From an uncultured Nitrososphaerota archaeon (GTDB lineage: Archaea; Korarchaeota; Korarchaeia; Korarchaeales; Korarchaeaceae): a DNA stretch of 64,000 bases. The translations under genes were made by a program, and so were the position numbers. The notes beneath the pieces were generated by a model that ran no database searches, was not told the origin of the DNA, and was given only the letters and a program-made list of their open reading frames with translations. Shown one piece after another: positions 27,938 through 37,233 of the stretch. The stretch covers positions 32,001-96,000 of the forward strand of contig CAZQNA010000003.1 of assembly GCA_964594835.1 (NCBI GenBank). Reading direction: 5' to 3'. Position 1 is the first letter of the stretch. Every line of letters starts with the position of its first letter.

Positions 27938-28576
27938 TCATGCCGCGTCGAGCCTGGGGATCGCGATTCCCTCCCGCCCCCCAACCACCTCCGCCCTGCC
28001 CTCCAGGAGTAGGGCTCCCGTCACAGCGGCCAGGGCCGCGTCCACCTCGTGCACGTTCCTGATCCCTCCCTCCGGGGGCTCAGCGGAGATGCCCGCGATC
28101 TCCAGGGCCGCGAGAACTCCCTCCGGGGTCCTGGGAACCCCCAGGATCTTGGCCGTCGATCCCGGGTGCACCTCGACGACCCTGAGGCCCCTCGACCTCA
28201 TGACCTCCGCGAGCCTGAGGCCCCTCTCAGTCAGGAGCCTCATGGGGCCGAGGAGCGGCGGGAGGACCCTGAGCCCCCTCCTGATCAGCTCCCTGTCCGA
28301 CTCTCGGAGCCACCCCGTGGTGGGGCGAGACAGGGGGGCGTCCACCGCGACCAGATCGGGCCCTCGAGAGGACGCGAGCTCCAGGATCTCGCCGTCTGTG
28401 AAGACGGTCAGGCACGCCAGCGAATCGGGGGTGAGGACGGCCGCCCCGGTGGGTCTCCCCTCCCTCCCCGCCAGATCTATCCCCAGGACGACCCAGCCCT
28501 TCGACCCGCTCGGGCGGCCGCTCGACGGGGCCCTGGAGTTCGGATCGCGCTTCAACCCACTCCCAGTCGGCGGCAT
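27938..28576 (-). CDS. DUF429-family predicted RNase H-like nuclease
   Basis: VLGIDLAG...PTG, VAVDAPLS, LRESDREL, EVHP, HEVDA; true start may be further downstream. Confidence 0.8.
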   Translation of the reverse strand: MPPTGSGLKRDPNSRAPSSGRPSGSKGWVVLGIDLAGREGRPTGAAVLTPDSLACLTVFTDGEILELASSRGPDLVAVDAPLSRPTTGWLRESDRELIRRGLRVLPPLLGPMRLLTERGLRLAEVMRSRGLRVVEVHPGSTAKILGVPRTPEGVLAALEIAGISAEPPEGGIRNVHEVDAALAAVTGALLLEGRAEVVGGREGIAIPRLDAA

Positions 28577-28608
28577 GGTTCTATATACCCTCCGACCCGC
28601 CTGCGGCG

Positions 28609-29709
28609 ATGGACCTCGATCGGGAGATTCCCCTCCCCTCGCAGCAGGCCATTCTGGCCATGAGGGAGGCTCTCTCCACGTACCTGGAGAGGCTCGCGCT
28701 GAGGATAGACTCGAGCGTCCGCTCCGGGACCTCCGGCGAGTTGAGGGTGATCCTGGGAGAGCCGGTCGACGTCGGCAGTCGGGCGGACCTGGACCTCCTC
28801 GCTGCCGCCGCCGACGGTGGGAGCGTCGTCTACTCGCTGAGCTCGGCGAGCTTCGGGGTGGCGGTGGCGATCTCGCTCCAGCTTAGGGTGGGAGGGTCCG
28901 TGGCCCGCGGCCCGGCCAGGTCGGAGGTCGTTCCCGAGGATCCCTCCGAGGCCGTGACGCTCACCCCGCAGGAGGTTGACCTCGTCCTCTCCCCCCTCAG
29001 GGAGGCCATGGTCGCCGAGGCGGCGCTGACGGCGGTCAGGGGTGGGCTTGGGGAGAGGCCGGACCTCCTCATATTGGACGGGCCGCTGATACCGCCGAAG
29101 CCCGTCTGGCTCGCTCGGAGGGCGAGCGGGCACTCCGGGCTGGCGGCCCGGGCCGTCTCCAGGTACCTCGAGGCTCACTCGCGCCTGATCAGGGCCTCGA
29201 GGGAGGAGGGGGTCACCCTTGTGGGGTTCGTCAAGAGGCCTAGGGCTCACTACCTGTCCGCCCTCGCGGGGGTCGAGGAGTTGGCCCTCAGCGACAGCGC
29301 CGTGGCATCCGAGGTCCTTGGGAGGGTCGGACAGATGGCCCCCGAGGAGCCGATCACCCTCCGCGAGGGGGAGCTGGAGCTCATGCTCGGGGAGGAGGCG
29401 AGGGGCTCCATAGAGCCGGGCTCCATATCCTTCGCCTTCCTCAGGACCTCCAGGAGGAGGCCCCCCTACAGGGTGGACTTCGGCCCGATCCACGAGCCGT
29501 TCGGAGGGCCGGCGGACGTGGCGTCCTACCTAGTGGCGACGGCCGACGCCGACGGCATCCCCATGGCCGTGGTGAAGGCCGACGAGTCCGTCAAGGTCAC
29601 CAGGAGGGTGGCCAGGGACGCCTACCTCGAGTCCATGAGGAGGATGCTCGCCAGGGCCCCCGACGCCCGGAGGGTTCTTCAGCTACTCACCCCAATGTAT
29701 GGTGAGTGA
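28609..29709 (+). CDS. nurA: NurA-family 5'-3' nuclease
   Basis: AAADGGS, LLILDGPL, VGFVKR, LSDSAV, YRVDF, GIPMAVVKAD C-terminal motif. Confidence 0.8.
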   Translation: MDLDREIPLPSQQAILAMREALSTYLERLALRIDSSVRSGTSGELRVILGEPVDVGSRADLDLLAAAADGGSVVYSLSSASFGVAVAISLQLRVGGSVARGPARSEVVPEDPSEAVTLTPQEVDLVLSPLREAMVAEAALTAVRGGLGERPDLLILDGPLIPPKPVWLARRASGHSGLAARAVSRYLEAHSRLIRASREEGVTLVGFVKRPRAHYLSALAGVEELALSDSAVASEVLGRVGQMAPEEPITLREGELELMLGEEARGSIEPGSISFAFLRTSRRRPPYRVDFGPIHEPFGGPADVASYLVATADADGIPMAVVKADESVKVTRRVARDAYLESMRRMLARAPDARRVLQLLTPMYGE

Positions 29710-31186
29710 CATGCCAGAGGTAGTCGGCCACGTGTTCGAGGAGTCCGGATACTACAGGCCCACCTCCTTCGACGTCGTCCTGAGGGACGGCGTCTCCGTG
29801 GAGCCGGGCGAGTTCCTATGGATCGAGGCCGGGGGGACCAGGGTCTACTACCAGGTCGTCGAGGTGGTCGTGAGGAGGAGGCCAGCCGCCTACGACGAGA
29901 TCATGCTGAAGACGGGGAGGGCAGTCGAGGACGTCGAGTCGGACTTCCCGAGGGCCAGAGTCGAGCAGGTGGGCTTCGTTCGGTCCGGGAGGCTGGAGGC
30001 TTACACGGGGCTTGTCAGGCCCCACGCTGAGGTCTTCAGGGCGGAAGAGGCGGATCTAAGGGCGCTGCTCGGGTGGGAGGGGGAAGGGGCCAGGGGGCCG
30101 AGCGTCCCCCTCGGCGAGGTCAGGCCCGGGGGCCTCGAGCTGAGGCTGAGGGTCTGGGACCTGATGAGGAGGGGCCTCGTCGTCTTTGGCGGGGTCGGCT
30201 CGGGGAAGACGACGACCCTGCTCAACCTCGTGGTCAGGCTGCTCGGGGAGGTGAGGCGGGCCGGAGGGACTCCAAGCGCCCTGGTGGTGGACAAGGACGG
30301 GGAGTACGGACCCGTGCTGAGGGAGAGGCTCGGCGCCGACATCCTGGACGCGAGCAGCCTGGTCCCCTCCGGCGAGGGGGAGGATGTCTACTCCCGGCTG
30401 AGGGATCTGTTGGGAATCCAGGGTAGTTCTAGGGAGGGCAGGGCGCTGAGGAGCGCCGTCTCGGCCACCCTGGGGGGTCTCAAGGGGTCGTTCGACCGGT
30501 CGACGGTCTCTGCCATCAGGGACAGGCTCCGCAGCCTCGGAACCCCGGAGGCCGACTCGGTGGCGGAGAGGCTCAGCGACCTCATGGACTCCATCCCGGA
30601 GCCGGGGGAGGGGGTCCCGGCGGGGGAGCTCGACGGGGTTGTGAGCGGGCGGGTGGTGGTGCTCGACCTGACGAGGGTCGAGGACTGGGACGCCACCTAC
30701 CTCGCGCTCTCTGAGGGGCTGCAGGCCTGCTACAGGAGGGCCCTCTCCGACAGGGGGTTCGGCCTCTTGGTGGTGATGGACGAGGCTCACCTGTTCACTC
30801 CAGAGAGGGGAGGGGTCTCGCTGGCGGAGGACCAGGCCACCAGGGCCCTGAGGTCCACCCTGAAGATAGTCGCCACCACCGGGCCGAGGAACGGGATGAC
30901 GCCCTTCATCGCCACCCAGAGGCCCGCGCTGATCGACAAGACCCTGACGACGCAGCTGGGGCAGAACGTCGTGAGCCACAGGGTAGAGGACGTCGACCTG
31001 GAGAGGGTCGAGGAGATGATAGGGAAGATCGCCGAGGCGGTGAGGCTGTTCCCCGAGGGCAGGGCCGTGGTGAAGAGCACAGCGGCCCCGCTCCCAAGGC
31101 CCGTGGTGGTGGACATCTCGGCGGAGGTCTTCCCGGCCTCGACGGGGTGGACTGCGCTGGACAGGTGGCTGCGGGGGCAGCCCTAA
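29699..31186 (+). CDS. herA: HerA-family helicase/translocase ATPase
   Basis: N-terminal HAS barrel; GGVGSGKTT Walker A; VVDKDGEY; VVMDEAHLF Walker B; ATQRPA; overlaps nurA. Confidence 0.88.
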   Translation: MVSDMPEVVGHVFEESGYYRPTSFDVVLRDGVSVEPGEFLWIEAGGTRVYYQVVEVVVRRRPAAYDEIMLKTGRAVEDVESDFPRARVEQVGFVRSGRLEAYTGLVRPHAEVFRAEEADLRALLGWEGEGARGPSVPLGEVRPGGLELRLRVWDLMRRGLVVFGGVGSGKTTTLLNLVVRLLGEVRRAGGTPSALVVDKDGEYGPVLRERLGADILDASSLVPSGEGEDVYSRLRDLLGIQGSSREGRALRSAVSATLGGLKGSFDRSTVSAIRDRLRSLGTPEADSVAERLSDLMDSIPEPGEGVPAGELDGVVSGRVVVLDLTRVEDWDATYLALSEGLQACYRRALSDRGFGLLVVMDEAHLFTPERGGVSLAEDQATRALRSTLKIVATTGPRNGMTPFIATQRPALIDKTLTTQLGQNVVSHRVEDVDLERVEEMIGKIAEAVRLFPEGRAVVKSTAAPLPRPVVVDISAEVFPASTGWTALDRWLRGQP

Positions 31187-31348
31187 GACTGTCTCAGCGG
31201 TCTGTGGGCCTCTGTTCCTACGGGAGCCAAACCGATCCTCCAGGCTTCAATCTAAAGACGACTCCGTTCGCTAGAATTTCATCATAGTCCATCTCGACTT
31301 CTTCACACCACGTCAGCTGGTGACCGTAAAGGATCGCTCGTCTGGGAC

Positions 31349-31786
31349 CTACACCTCGCGGAATACGAGGTCTATCCCGTACTCCCTCGGCTCTCCACCT
31401 TGGAACGCCAGCCTCACCCCTCTAGAGGAGTAGACGACCTGAATACTTGCAATGTAGGGGCAGAGCACAAGTGGAACTCTCTTCCTCATGAGTTCCTGCA
31501 GAAAGTCCGTCAACGTGGGCCTCACTACTTGCACCACCAGCCGGTCACCCTCCTCAACGATCTTCACATCCTCTGCGAGGCCGAGCTTCTTCACTAGCAG
31601 ATCCCTGAGCTCGTTGTTGCTCATGTCCCTGCGAGCCAGGCCCATATCCTCTAGGAATTCGAACATGCCCTCCGCGATGCACTTGGAGATTGCCCTGCCG
31701 CCAGATTCCGTCATTATTCGACTGAAGGCCTTGTTCACGCCAAACAAGATGGAGCTGACGAAGGCCTGAGAGACCGACTTGGACAT
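31349..31786 (-). CDS. Hypothetical protein, V4R/MetOD1-like small ligand-binding fold
   Basis: Helical N-half, VKIVEEGDRLVVQV beta hairpin, LCPY motif; lower-GC segment. Confidence 0.5.
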   Translation of the reverse strand: MSKSVSQAFVSSILFGVNKAFSRIMTESGGRAISKCIAEGMFEFLEDMGLARRDMSNNELRDLLVKKLGLAEDVKIVEEGDRLVVQVVRPTLTDFLQELMRKRVPLVLCPYIASIQVVYSSRGVRLAFQGGEPREYGIDLVFREV

Positions 31787-31873
31787 CAGGAGACCCCCCT
31801 TGAGCTTTCAAAAAGAGGGACCCTTGAGGTAAGTAGCGGGAGATCGTCTCTAGCCTGTTGTTAACACTTATAT

Positions 31874-31890
31874 ATGTATCTGTGATACGT
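31874..31890 (+). promoter_or_regulatory. Palindromic operator between the TATA box and padR start
   Basis: ATGTATC-TGT-GATACGT inverted repeat immediately after TTATATA. Confidence 0.5.
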
Positions 31891-31901
31891 CTACATCTGA
31901 T

Positions 31902-32279
31902 ATGAGCAAGTGTCGAGGCCCCTGCCGGCCGGGTCCTCCCGGCCTCATACCGCTCCTGATACTTAGGCTGGCGTATGAAGGGCCGGTTCACGGCTACCAA
32001 ATAATCGAGAAGGTGAGAGAGATGACATCTGGCGATTATACTCCAGATACCGGCGTCGTATACACCGCGCTGAGGCGGATAGAGAGGAGGGGACTCCTGA
32101 CCTCCAGGTGGGTAGAGGGGGCAGCAGGAGGCGACAGGCGGGTCTACGAGATAACCGAAGAGGGGGTCAAGGCTCTCAGGGAGGGTTTAGAGTCCCTCTC
32201 AGCCAGAAGAAAGCTCTTCGAGGAGCTGTTCGAGTTCTACGGGAGGACTTGGGGTGGTGAGGGTGGAGAAGGCGATTGA
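31902..32279 (+). CDS. PadR-family transcriptional regulator
   Basis: GPVHGYQII, GVVYTALRRIERRGLL, RRVYEITEEG. Confidence 0.92.
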   Translation: MSKCRGPCRPGPPGLIPLLILRLAYEGPVHGYQIIEKVREMTSGDYTPDTGVVYTALRRIERRGLLTSRWVEGAAGGDRRVYEITEEGVKALREGLESLSARRKLFEELFEFYGRTWGGEGGEGD

Positions 32280-33189
32280 GGCGGAAGAGCTGACCAAGTA
32301 CTACGGCCCCGTGCTGGCTGTGAATCGCGTGTCCTTCGCCGTGGAGAGGGGGGAGATCTTTGGCTTCCTCGGACCCAACGGGGCCGGGAAGACCACGACC
32401 GTTAGGATGCTGACTGGCCTCACCTCACCAACCTCGGGGACCGCGAGGGTGGTCGGGCACGACGTGGTCAAAGAGCCGAGGGCCGCGAAGATGGGCATCG
32501 GGCTGGTGCCTGAGGCTTCCAACGTCTACGCGGAGCTGTCCGTGTGGGACAACGTGACGTTCTCCGGGGAGATCCACGGCGTTCCCGGTGAGGAGAGGCG
32601 GAGGAGAGCTAAGGAACTCTTAGAGATGTTTGAGCTCTACAACAGGAGGAGGCAGAAGGCCGGAAAGCTATCGAAGGGACTGAAAAGAAGGCTGTCAATA
32701 GCGATGGCACTGGTTCACGAGCCGGAGGTGCTCTTCCTAGACGAGCCCACCTCGGGGCTCGACGTCCAGTCGGCCAGGCTGGTGAAGCGGATTGTGAGGG
32801 AGCTGAACGGCGACGGCACCACGATCTTCCTAACCACGCACAACATGGACGAGGCCAACACGCTCTGCCACAGGGTGGCCGTGATAAACCGGGGGAGGCT
32901 GGCGGCCATAGACACGCCGGAGAGGCTCAAGATGGTGGTCGAGAGGACCCACTCGGTCGTGGTGTCCTTCTCTTCCCGCCCGCCCTGGCTGAGGCAGAGG
33001 CTTGAGGGGCTGCCGGCCGTTGAGGGGGTGCTCGAGGAGGGAGACAAGTTCAGGCTCTACACTGGAGACCCTCCCACGGTCTTGGAGGAAGTGTTCGAGC
33101 TTGCCAGGGCAGAGGGGCTGAGGATCCTGAGCCTGAACACCTCGGGCCCGACCCTGGAGGACGTGTTCGTCAGGCTCACGGGGGGATGA
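32254..33189 (+). CDS. ABC-2 exporter ATP-binding subunit (DrrA-like)
   Basis: GPNGAGKTT, LSKGL, FLDEPTSGLD, TTHNM, PTLEDVFV. Confidence 0.95.
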   Translation: MVRVEKAIEAEELTKYYGPVLAVNRVSFAVERGEIFGFLGPNGAGKTTTVRMLTGLTSPTSGTARVVGHDVVKEPRAAKMGIGLVPEASNVYAELSVWDNVTFSGEIHGVPGEERRRRAKELLEMFELYNRRRQKAGKLSKGLKRRLSIAMALVHEPEVLFLDEPTSGLDVQSARLVKRIVRELNGDGTTIFLTTHNMDEANTLCHRVAVINRGRLAAIDTPERLKMVVERTHSVVVSFSSRPPWLRQRLEGLPAVEGVLEEGDKFRLYTGDPPTVLEEVFELARAEGLRILSLNTSGPTLEDVFVRLTGG

Positions 33190-34076
33190 CCATGCCTGCA
33201 GGTGCGAGCCACGTTCGCCTGGACCTCATGGCCGCCTGGGCCATAGCCAAGAAGGACCTCAAGAGCTACTACGCCAGGCCGGGGGCGGTAATGTTCGGGA
33301 TTATGTTCCCGCTCTTCATGTTCCTCTCCTTCATCGTGGGGAGGAACATCCCCACGGAGCAGGCCCTGCCCGGCCTGACGTCCATGGTGGTGATGTTCAG
33401 CGCCTCCTCGATAGGGCCATTCTCCATACCGCTTGAGAGGAGGCTCAAGACGTTCGACAGGCTCCTCGCGGCCCCCATATCCTTCTACGCCATACTGGCT
33501 GGGAAGGTCTTCGCAGGCGCGCTCTACGGGCTGGCGGTCGGGGCCGTCCCGGTGGCGGTCGGGGCCTTGGCGCTAGGCGCCGGGGTCGCGAATCCGGGTC
33601 TCCTCGCCCTCGACCTGGCGGTGTCCTCGGTGTGCTTTGCCGCTATGGGGGTCATGTTCGCATCAATCCCGACGGAGACCCCGGGGAACGTCACCATCGC
33701 CATGAACTTCGTCAGGCTCCCCATGCTCTTCGTGAGCGGGGTCTTCGTCCCGCTGAGCGGGACGTCCCTGGCCGTGCGGCTGGCCTCGCTGGTCTCCCCC
33801 CTGACCTACGCAAACGACCTGGCCAGGATCTCGTACGGCGTTGGAGGGGTGATGGGCGTCGCGATCGACGTCGCGGGTCTCCTAGCGTTCGCGACGATCT
33901 TCGTGGCCCTGGGGGCCGTCCTGCACCGCAGGCTGAGTGAGTGGGCCGAGTCCCCCGGACGAGTCCAAGGGCGTCGCACTCCCGGGGCAGCGCGGCCAGG
34001 AGGTCCTCCCTCGACTCCCTCACGTTCCCCGGGCCTAGAGCCAGACACGAACCCGCCACGTCTACCTCTCCTGTAA
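33186..34076 (+). CDS. ABC-2 exporter permease (DrrB-like) with atypical C-terminal tail
   Basis: LERRLKTFDRLLAAP, PMLFVSGVFVPL, SPLTYANDL; last about 45 aa are low-complexity. Confidence 0.9.
   Translation: MTMPAGASHVRLDLMAAWAIAKKDLKSYYARPGAVMFGIMFPLFMFLSFIVGRNIPTEQALPGLTSMVVMFSASSIGPFSIPLERRLKTFDRLLAAPISFYAILAGKVFAGALYGLAVGAVPVAVGALALGAGVANPGLLALDLAVSSVCFAAMGVMFASIPTETPGNVTIAMNFVRLPMLFVSGVFVPLSGTSLAVRLASLVSPLTYANDLARISYGVGGVMGVAIDVAGLLAFATIFVALGAVLHRRLSEWAESPGRVQGRRTPGAARPGGPPSTPSRSPGLEPDTNPPRLPLL
33686..33881 (+). repeat. 196-bp direct repeat, copy 1 (inside the permease gene)
   Basis: Ungapped alignment to 38118-38313; first 57 bp identical, 27 mismatches by hand count (about 86%). Confidence 0.92.
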
Positions 34077-34283
34077 GGTGCCGGAGAGCATGGCTTGCGC
34101 GGCGCTTCAGGGTGCCGATTCCGCTGAGCCCCATCCATCCCCGCCCCCGAGGAGATCGGAGCGGGCCTCAGGAGAGCCGTTGAGGGGGTGATTCACCAAC
34201 CTCATGAAGACCGCACCCCGCCCGAGACCTGCGCGATTTGACACCTCTACCCATTCAGAGACGCGCGTAAGGTAGTGGTGTTA

Positions 34284-35057
34284 TCAACCCTCAGCCCAGA
34301 GTGCGGCTCCGCCGACCCTCACAGACACGGGTCTGCCAGAGAGACGCTTCATCGTCTCCTTGGCGATGGACATAACCTTCTCAGGCGGGTTGCAGCGCGT
34401 TGAGCACCACTCTTCATCCCTAGGCGCGGCCAGAGGCGGGCCCATCAGGGGTTGCAGGACTATCATGTAGTCAGAGTCGCCCAGCGCGGAAAGAGCCTCT
34501 CCTGCGAACCTAGCCAAGACATCGCCGCTGAGGTCTCTCCTCACAGGCACCCTCAGCTCAAGGGGAACCCCTTGGTCGGCCACCAGCGTCAGCCCCCTGA
34601 CGAAGTTTCGCCAGAGCCTCTCGGCCGCTGCCTCGCCCACTCCGTACATCTCGCCTGGCGGGACCTTGAGGTCGGTTGCTATGTGGTCGACGGGGGCCGT
34701 CTTCAGGAGACAGGAGAGCGCGTCTGGGAGGGTCAGGTTCGTGTTCACGCTTACCCTCACACCCTCTCCCCTTGCTCGCTCGAGGAGTGCCGCAAGTGGC
34801 CCCCACTGAACCAGGGGCTCGCCGCCCGTCACGTGGAAGTAGTCCAAGAAGGTCTTCGACGTCGAGAGGTCCTCGAGGAGTCTCTCCACGTCCAGAAACC
34901 CGCAGACCTCCGGGTCGGAGTCGGCTATCCGGTGGTTGTGGCAGAAGGGGCACCTGACGTTGCACCCGCACAGCCAGACGGTGAAGGTGACTGCCCCCAC
35001 AACATCCACCATGCTGACCGTCCTCCAGCCGGCGCCCAGGAGCCGTCCTCGAGGCAT
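34284..35057 (-). CDS. nrdG: Anaerobic ribonucleotide reductase activating protein (radical SAM)
   Basis: CNVRCPFCHN CxxxCxxC, VTGGEPL, NTN, TDLK; directly downstream of nrdD. Confidence 0.9.
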   Translation of the reverse strand: MPRGRLLGAGWRTVSMVDVVGAVTFTVWLCGCNVRCPFCHNHRIADSDPEVCGFLDVERLLEDLSTSKTFLDYFHVTGGEPLVQWGPLAALLERARGEGVRVSVNTNLTLPDALSCLLKTAPVDHIATDLKVPPGEMYGVGEAAAERLWRNFVRGLTLVADQGVPLELRVPVRRDLSGDVLARFAGEALSALGDSDYMIVLQPLMGPPLAAPRDEEWCSTRCNPPEKVMSIAKETMKRLSGRPVSVRVGGAALWAEG

Positions 35058-35074
35058 CTCCCCTCAACCCAGGG

Positions 35075-36922
35075 TCATATAGCGTAGTGAACCCTAAGGG
35101 AGAACTCCCTCCTTCTGGGCCTGCTCCAGTTGCTCAGGGGCCTGTAGTAACCCACTATCCTGCTCCAGAGTTCGACGCGCCTGCTTGAACAGTGCGGACA
35201 CTCTCTGTAAGCCCCCGTGAACGACTTGCCGCATGTCTCGCAGACTGTCACCACGGGAGTGAAGCTCCAGTACACCAGATCCGTTTCTGAGAGCCTCCTT
35301 GTGAACTTGGCCAGCGCCTCGGGGTCTGGCTCCTCGCCCAAGAATATGTGCATCATCACGCCTCCCGTGAAGCTCTTCTGGACCCTCGCCTCCACCTCTA
35401 TCCTCTCGGGGAGCGTCAGCTGTCCGTAGTAGGGCGCCACGCTGGTGCTGTAGACCGGGCCATCCGGGTCGGGGAGGTAGTTCAAGATGTCGGGATGCAG
35501 CAGCGCGTCCCTCTGGGCCAGTCTGGCCGCAGCGGACTCGCCTGGGACCTCCTCAACGTTCCAAGGTATCCCGGTGGAGGCCGCCCACCCCCTAACCACC
35601 TCAACCACGTGATCGACGACCCGCCTCATCCAGTCGGCAGCGCGGAGGAAGTCGGACCTCGAACCCTCCAGCCAGAGCTTCGGCTCTCCCTCCACGATCG
35701 CGGCGGCCTCGGGAAGGCCGAGAACGCCCACCGTGTTGAAGTGCGTCGCCGGGAACTCGCTCAGGTAATCGAGAATCATGCTGTAGATGTGTGGGTGCCT
35801 GCCGATCAGGCTCGAGAGTCTGGACCTGAACCAGTCCCCGCCGAGTCGGACGACCTCTAAGGTGGAGTCCAAGAGCTCAAGGAACCTTGAGTCGTCGCCG
35901 CCGGACTCGATCGCCAGCCTCGGGAGGTTTAGTGTTATGACCTCCACGGATCCGGTGATGTCTGGGACGGCCCAAAGGCCGCCGAACCTCATCCTCTCCA
36001 GCTGCGTCGGCGGCCCCTCCGGTGAGAGGGGCACTCCCGCCAGGCTCAGTTCCCTCAAGTCTATCGAGATCCTACAGCACATGGCGTACGAGGCGTCAGG
36101 ATTCACAACCCTCGTGTTCAGCCAGTAGAAGCTCCCCTTCCTGCTGGCCGTGCCGAACACCGCCTCAAAGAGTTCGGGGTCGTCGTACAGCATCCTGCTG
36201 GTGGTCATAAGGGTGGGTATGGGGAAGGTGAAGGGCTGACCCCTCGCGTCGCCCTCCCTGAGGACGTTGGAGAGGGCCACGACAAACTTCCTTCCCTCTT
36301 CCAGGTAAGCGCCCAGCTGGGATTCATCCTCCCCGCCGTATACTGCCCGCTCCTCATCCAGAGCCCTGCGAGACGCATCTAGCTGAATCGTCAGGTTGGT
36401 GAAGGGAGTCTGCATCCCAGCCCTGCTGGGAAAGTTGAGGTTGTAGACGAGCCTCTGCACCTGCTGCTCGAGGTATCTCTGGTCCCTGCCCTCCCTCCTT
36501 ATGAAGGGACCTGCGTAGAGTTCTGCGGCAGAGAAGGCCTGGGCCCCGCTGAAGTAGTGCTGCATCGTCACAAGATAGTTGGCCACGTGGTCGAAGAAGC
36601 TGTCCAGATGCCTCGCGGGTCTGGCGGATATAGTCGGAGTCCTCAGCCCCTTCTTCAAGAGCCTCTGAAGGCTGTGCCCAGTACAGTAGGGTATGTAGAG
36701 GCTGTAGGGGAGCTTGTGTACGTATATCAGGCCAATTTTGCGGGCTCTCTTAAGTTCAGAGGGCAGGGATGAGGACTCAATTCCGCTCATGGCCCTCTCA
36801 AGGTAGTAAGAGAAGAATCCCGTCGGTCCAGGGTACCTGTTGGCGTTCTCGTGGGATGCGACTGAGTACTCCTCTATGAGATCCACAAGCTCACCTGTAT
36901 CCACGATGGATGGATAATCCAT
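35075..36922 (-). CDS. nrdD: Class III anaerobic ribonucleoside-triphosphate reductase, no ATP cone
   Basis: HENAN, YVHKL, YCTGHS, QTPFTN, PFTFPIPT, MCCR finger loop, PGESAA, CETC/CPHC Zn site, WSRIVGYYRP glycyl-radical motif. Confidence 0.95.
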   Translation of the reverse strand: MDYPSIVDTGELVDLIEEYSVASHENANRYPGPTGFFSYYLERAMSGIESSSLPSELKRARKIGLIYVHKLPYSLYIPYCTGHSLQRLLKKGLRTPTISARPARHLDSFFDHVANYLVTMQHYFSGAQAFSAAELYAGPFIRREGRDQRYLEQQVQRLVYNLNFPSRAGMQTPFTNLTIQLDASRRALDEERAVYGGEDESQLGAYLEEGRKFVVALSNVLREGDARGQPFTFPIPTLMTTSRMLYDDPELFEAVFGTASRKGSFYWLNTRVVNPDASYAMCCRISIDLRELSLAGVPLSPEGPPTQLERMRFGGLWAVPDITGSVEVITLNLPRLAIESGGDDSRFLELLDSTLEVVRLGGDWFRSRLSSLIGRHPHIYSMILDYLSEFPATHFNTVGVLGLPEAAAIVEGEPKLWLEGSRSDFLRAADWMRRVVDHVVEVVRGWAASTGIPWNVEEVPGESAAARLAQRDALLHPDILNYLPDPDGPVYSTSVAPYYGQLTLPERIEVEARVQKSFTGGVMMHIFLGEEPDPEALAKFTRRLSETDLVYWSFTPVVTVCETCGKSFTGAYRECPHCSSRRVELWSRIVGYYRPLSNWSRPRRREFSLRVHYAI

Positions 36923-37233
36923 CCAACTTAATAAGCGCCTCGGGGAGGGTTTCTCCTCCGGCCAAATCAGGGGCCGACGGCAGGTCTTGTGATTTTCCCG
37001 TCGAATCCGCCGCCGTGAGGTTCACCCAAGAGGCCCAACTCGGTTGGGCTCAGAGGCTGCTAGGGCCTGAGAGACGTCATGGACAACATCATAGGGCTGA
37101 ACCCGAGGTAGTACTCGGTCTCGGAGTGCCAGCGCGGCCCGGCCACGTCTCTGAAGATCGAGCAGGGACGTTCCACCGCGTTCCAACGGATCCCCGATGA
37201 GTGAGGCTCCCCAGGCGCACCGGTGCCTCTGGG

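Noticed and set aside
35075-36922. Intein in NrdD (common in archaeal RNRs)
   Set aside because: Protein is only 615 aa, with no C/S...HN-C/S/T intein boundaries or LAGLIDADG blocks
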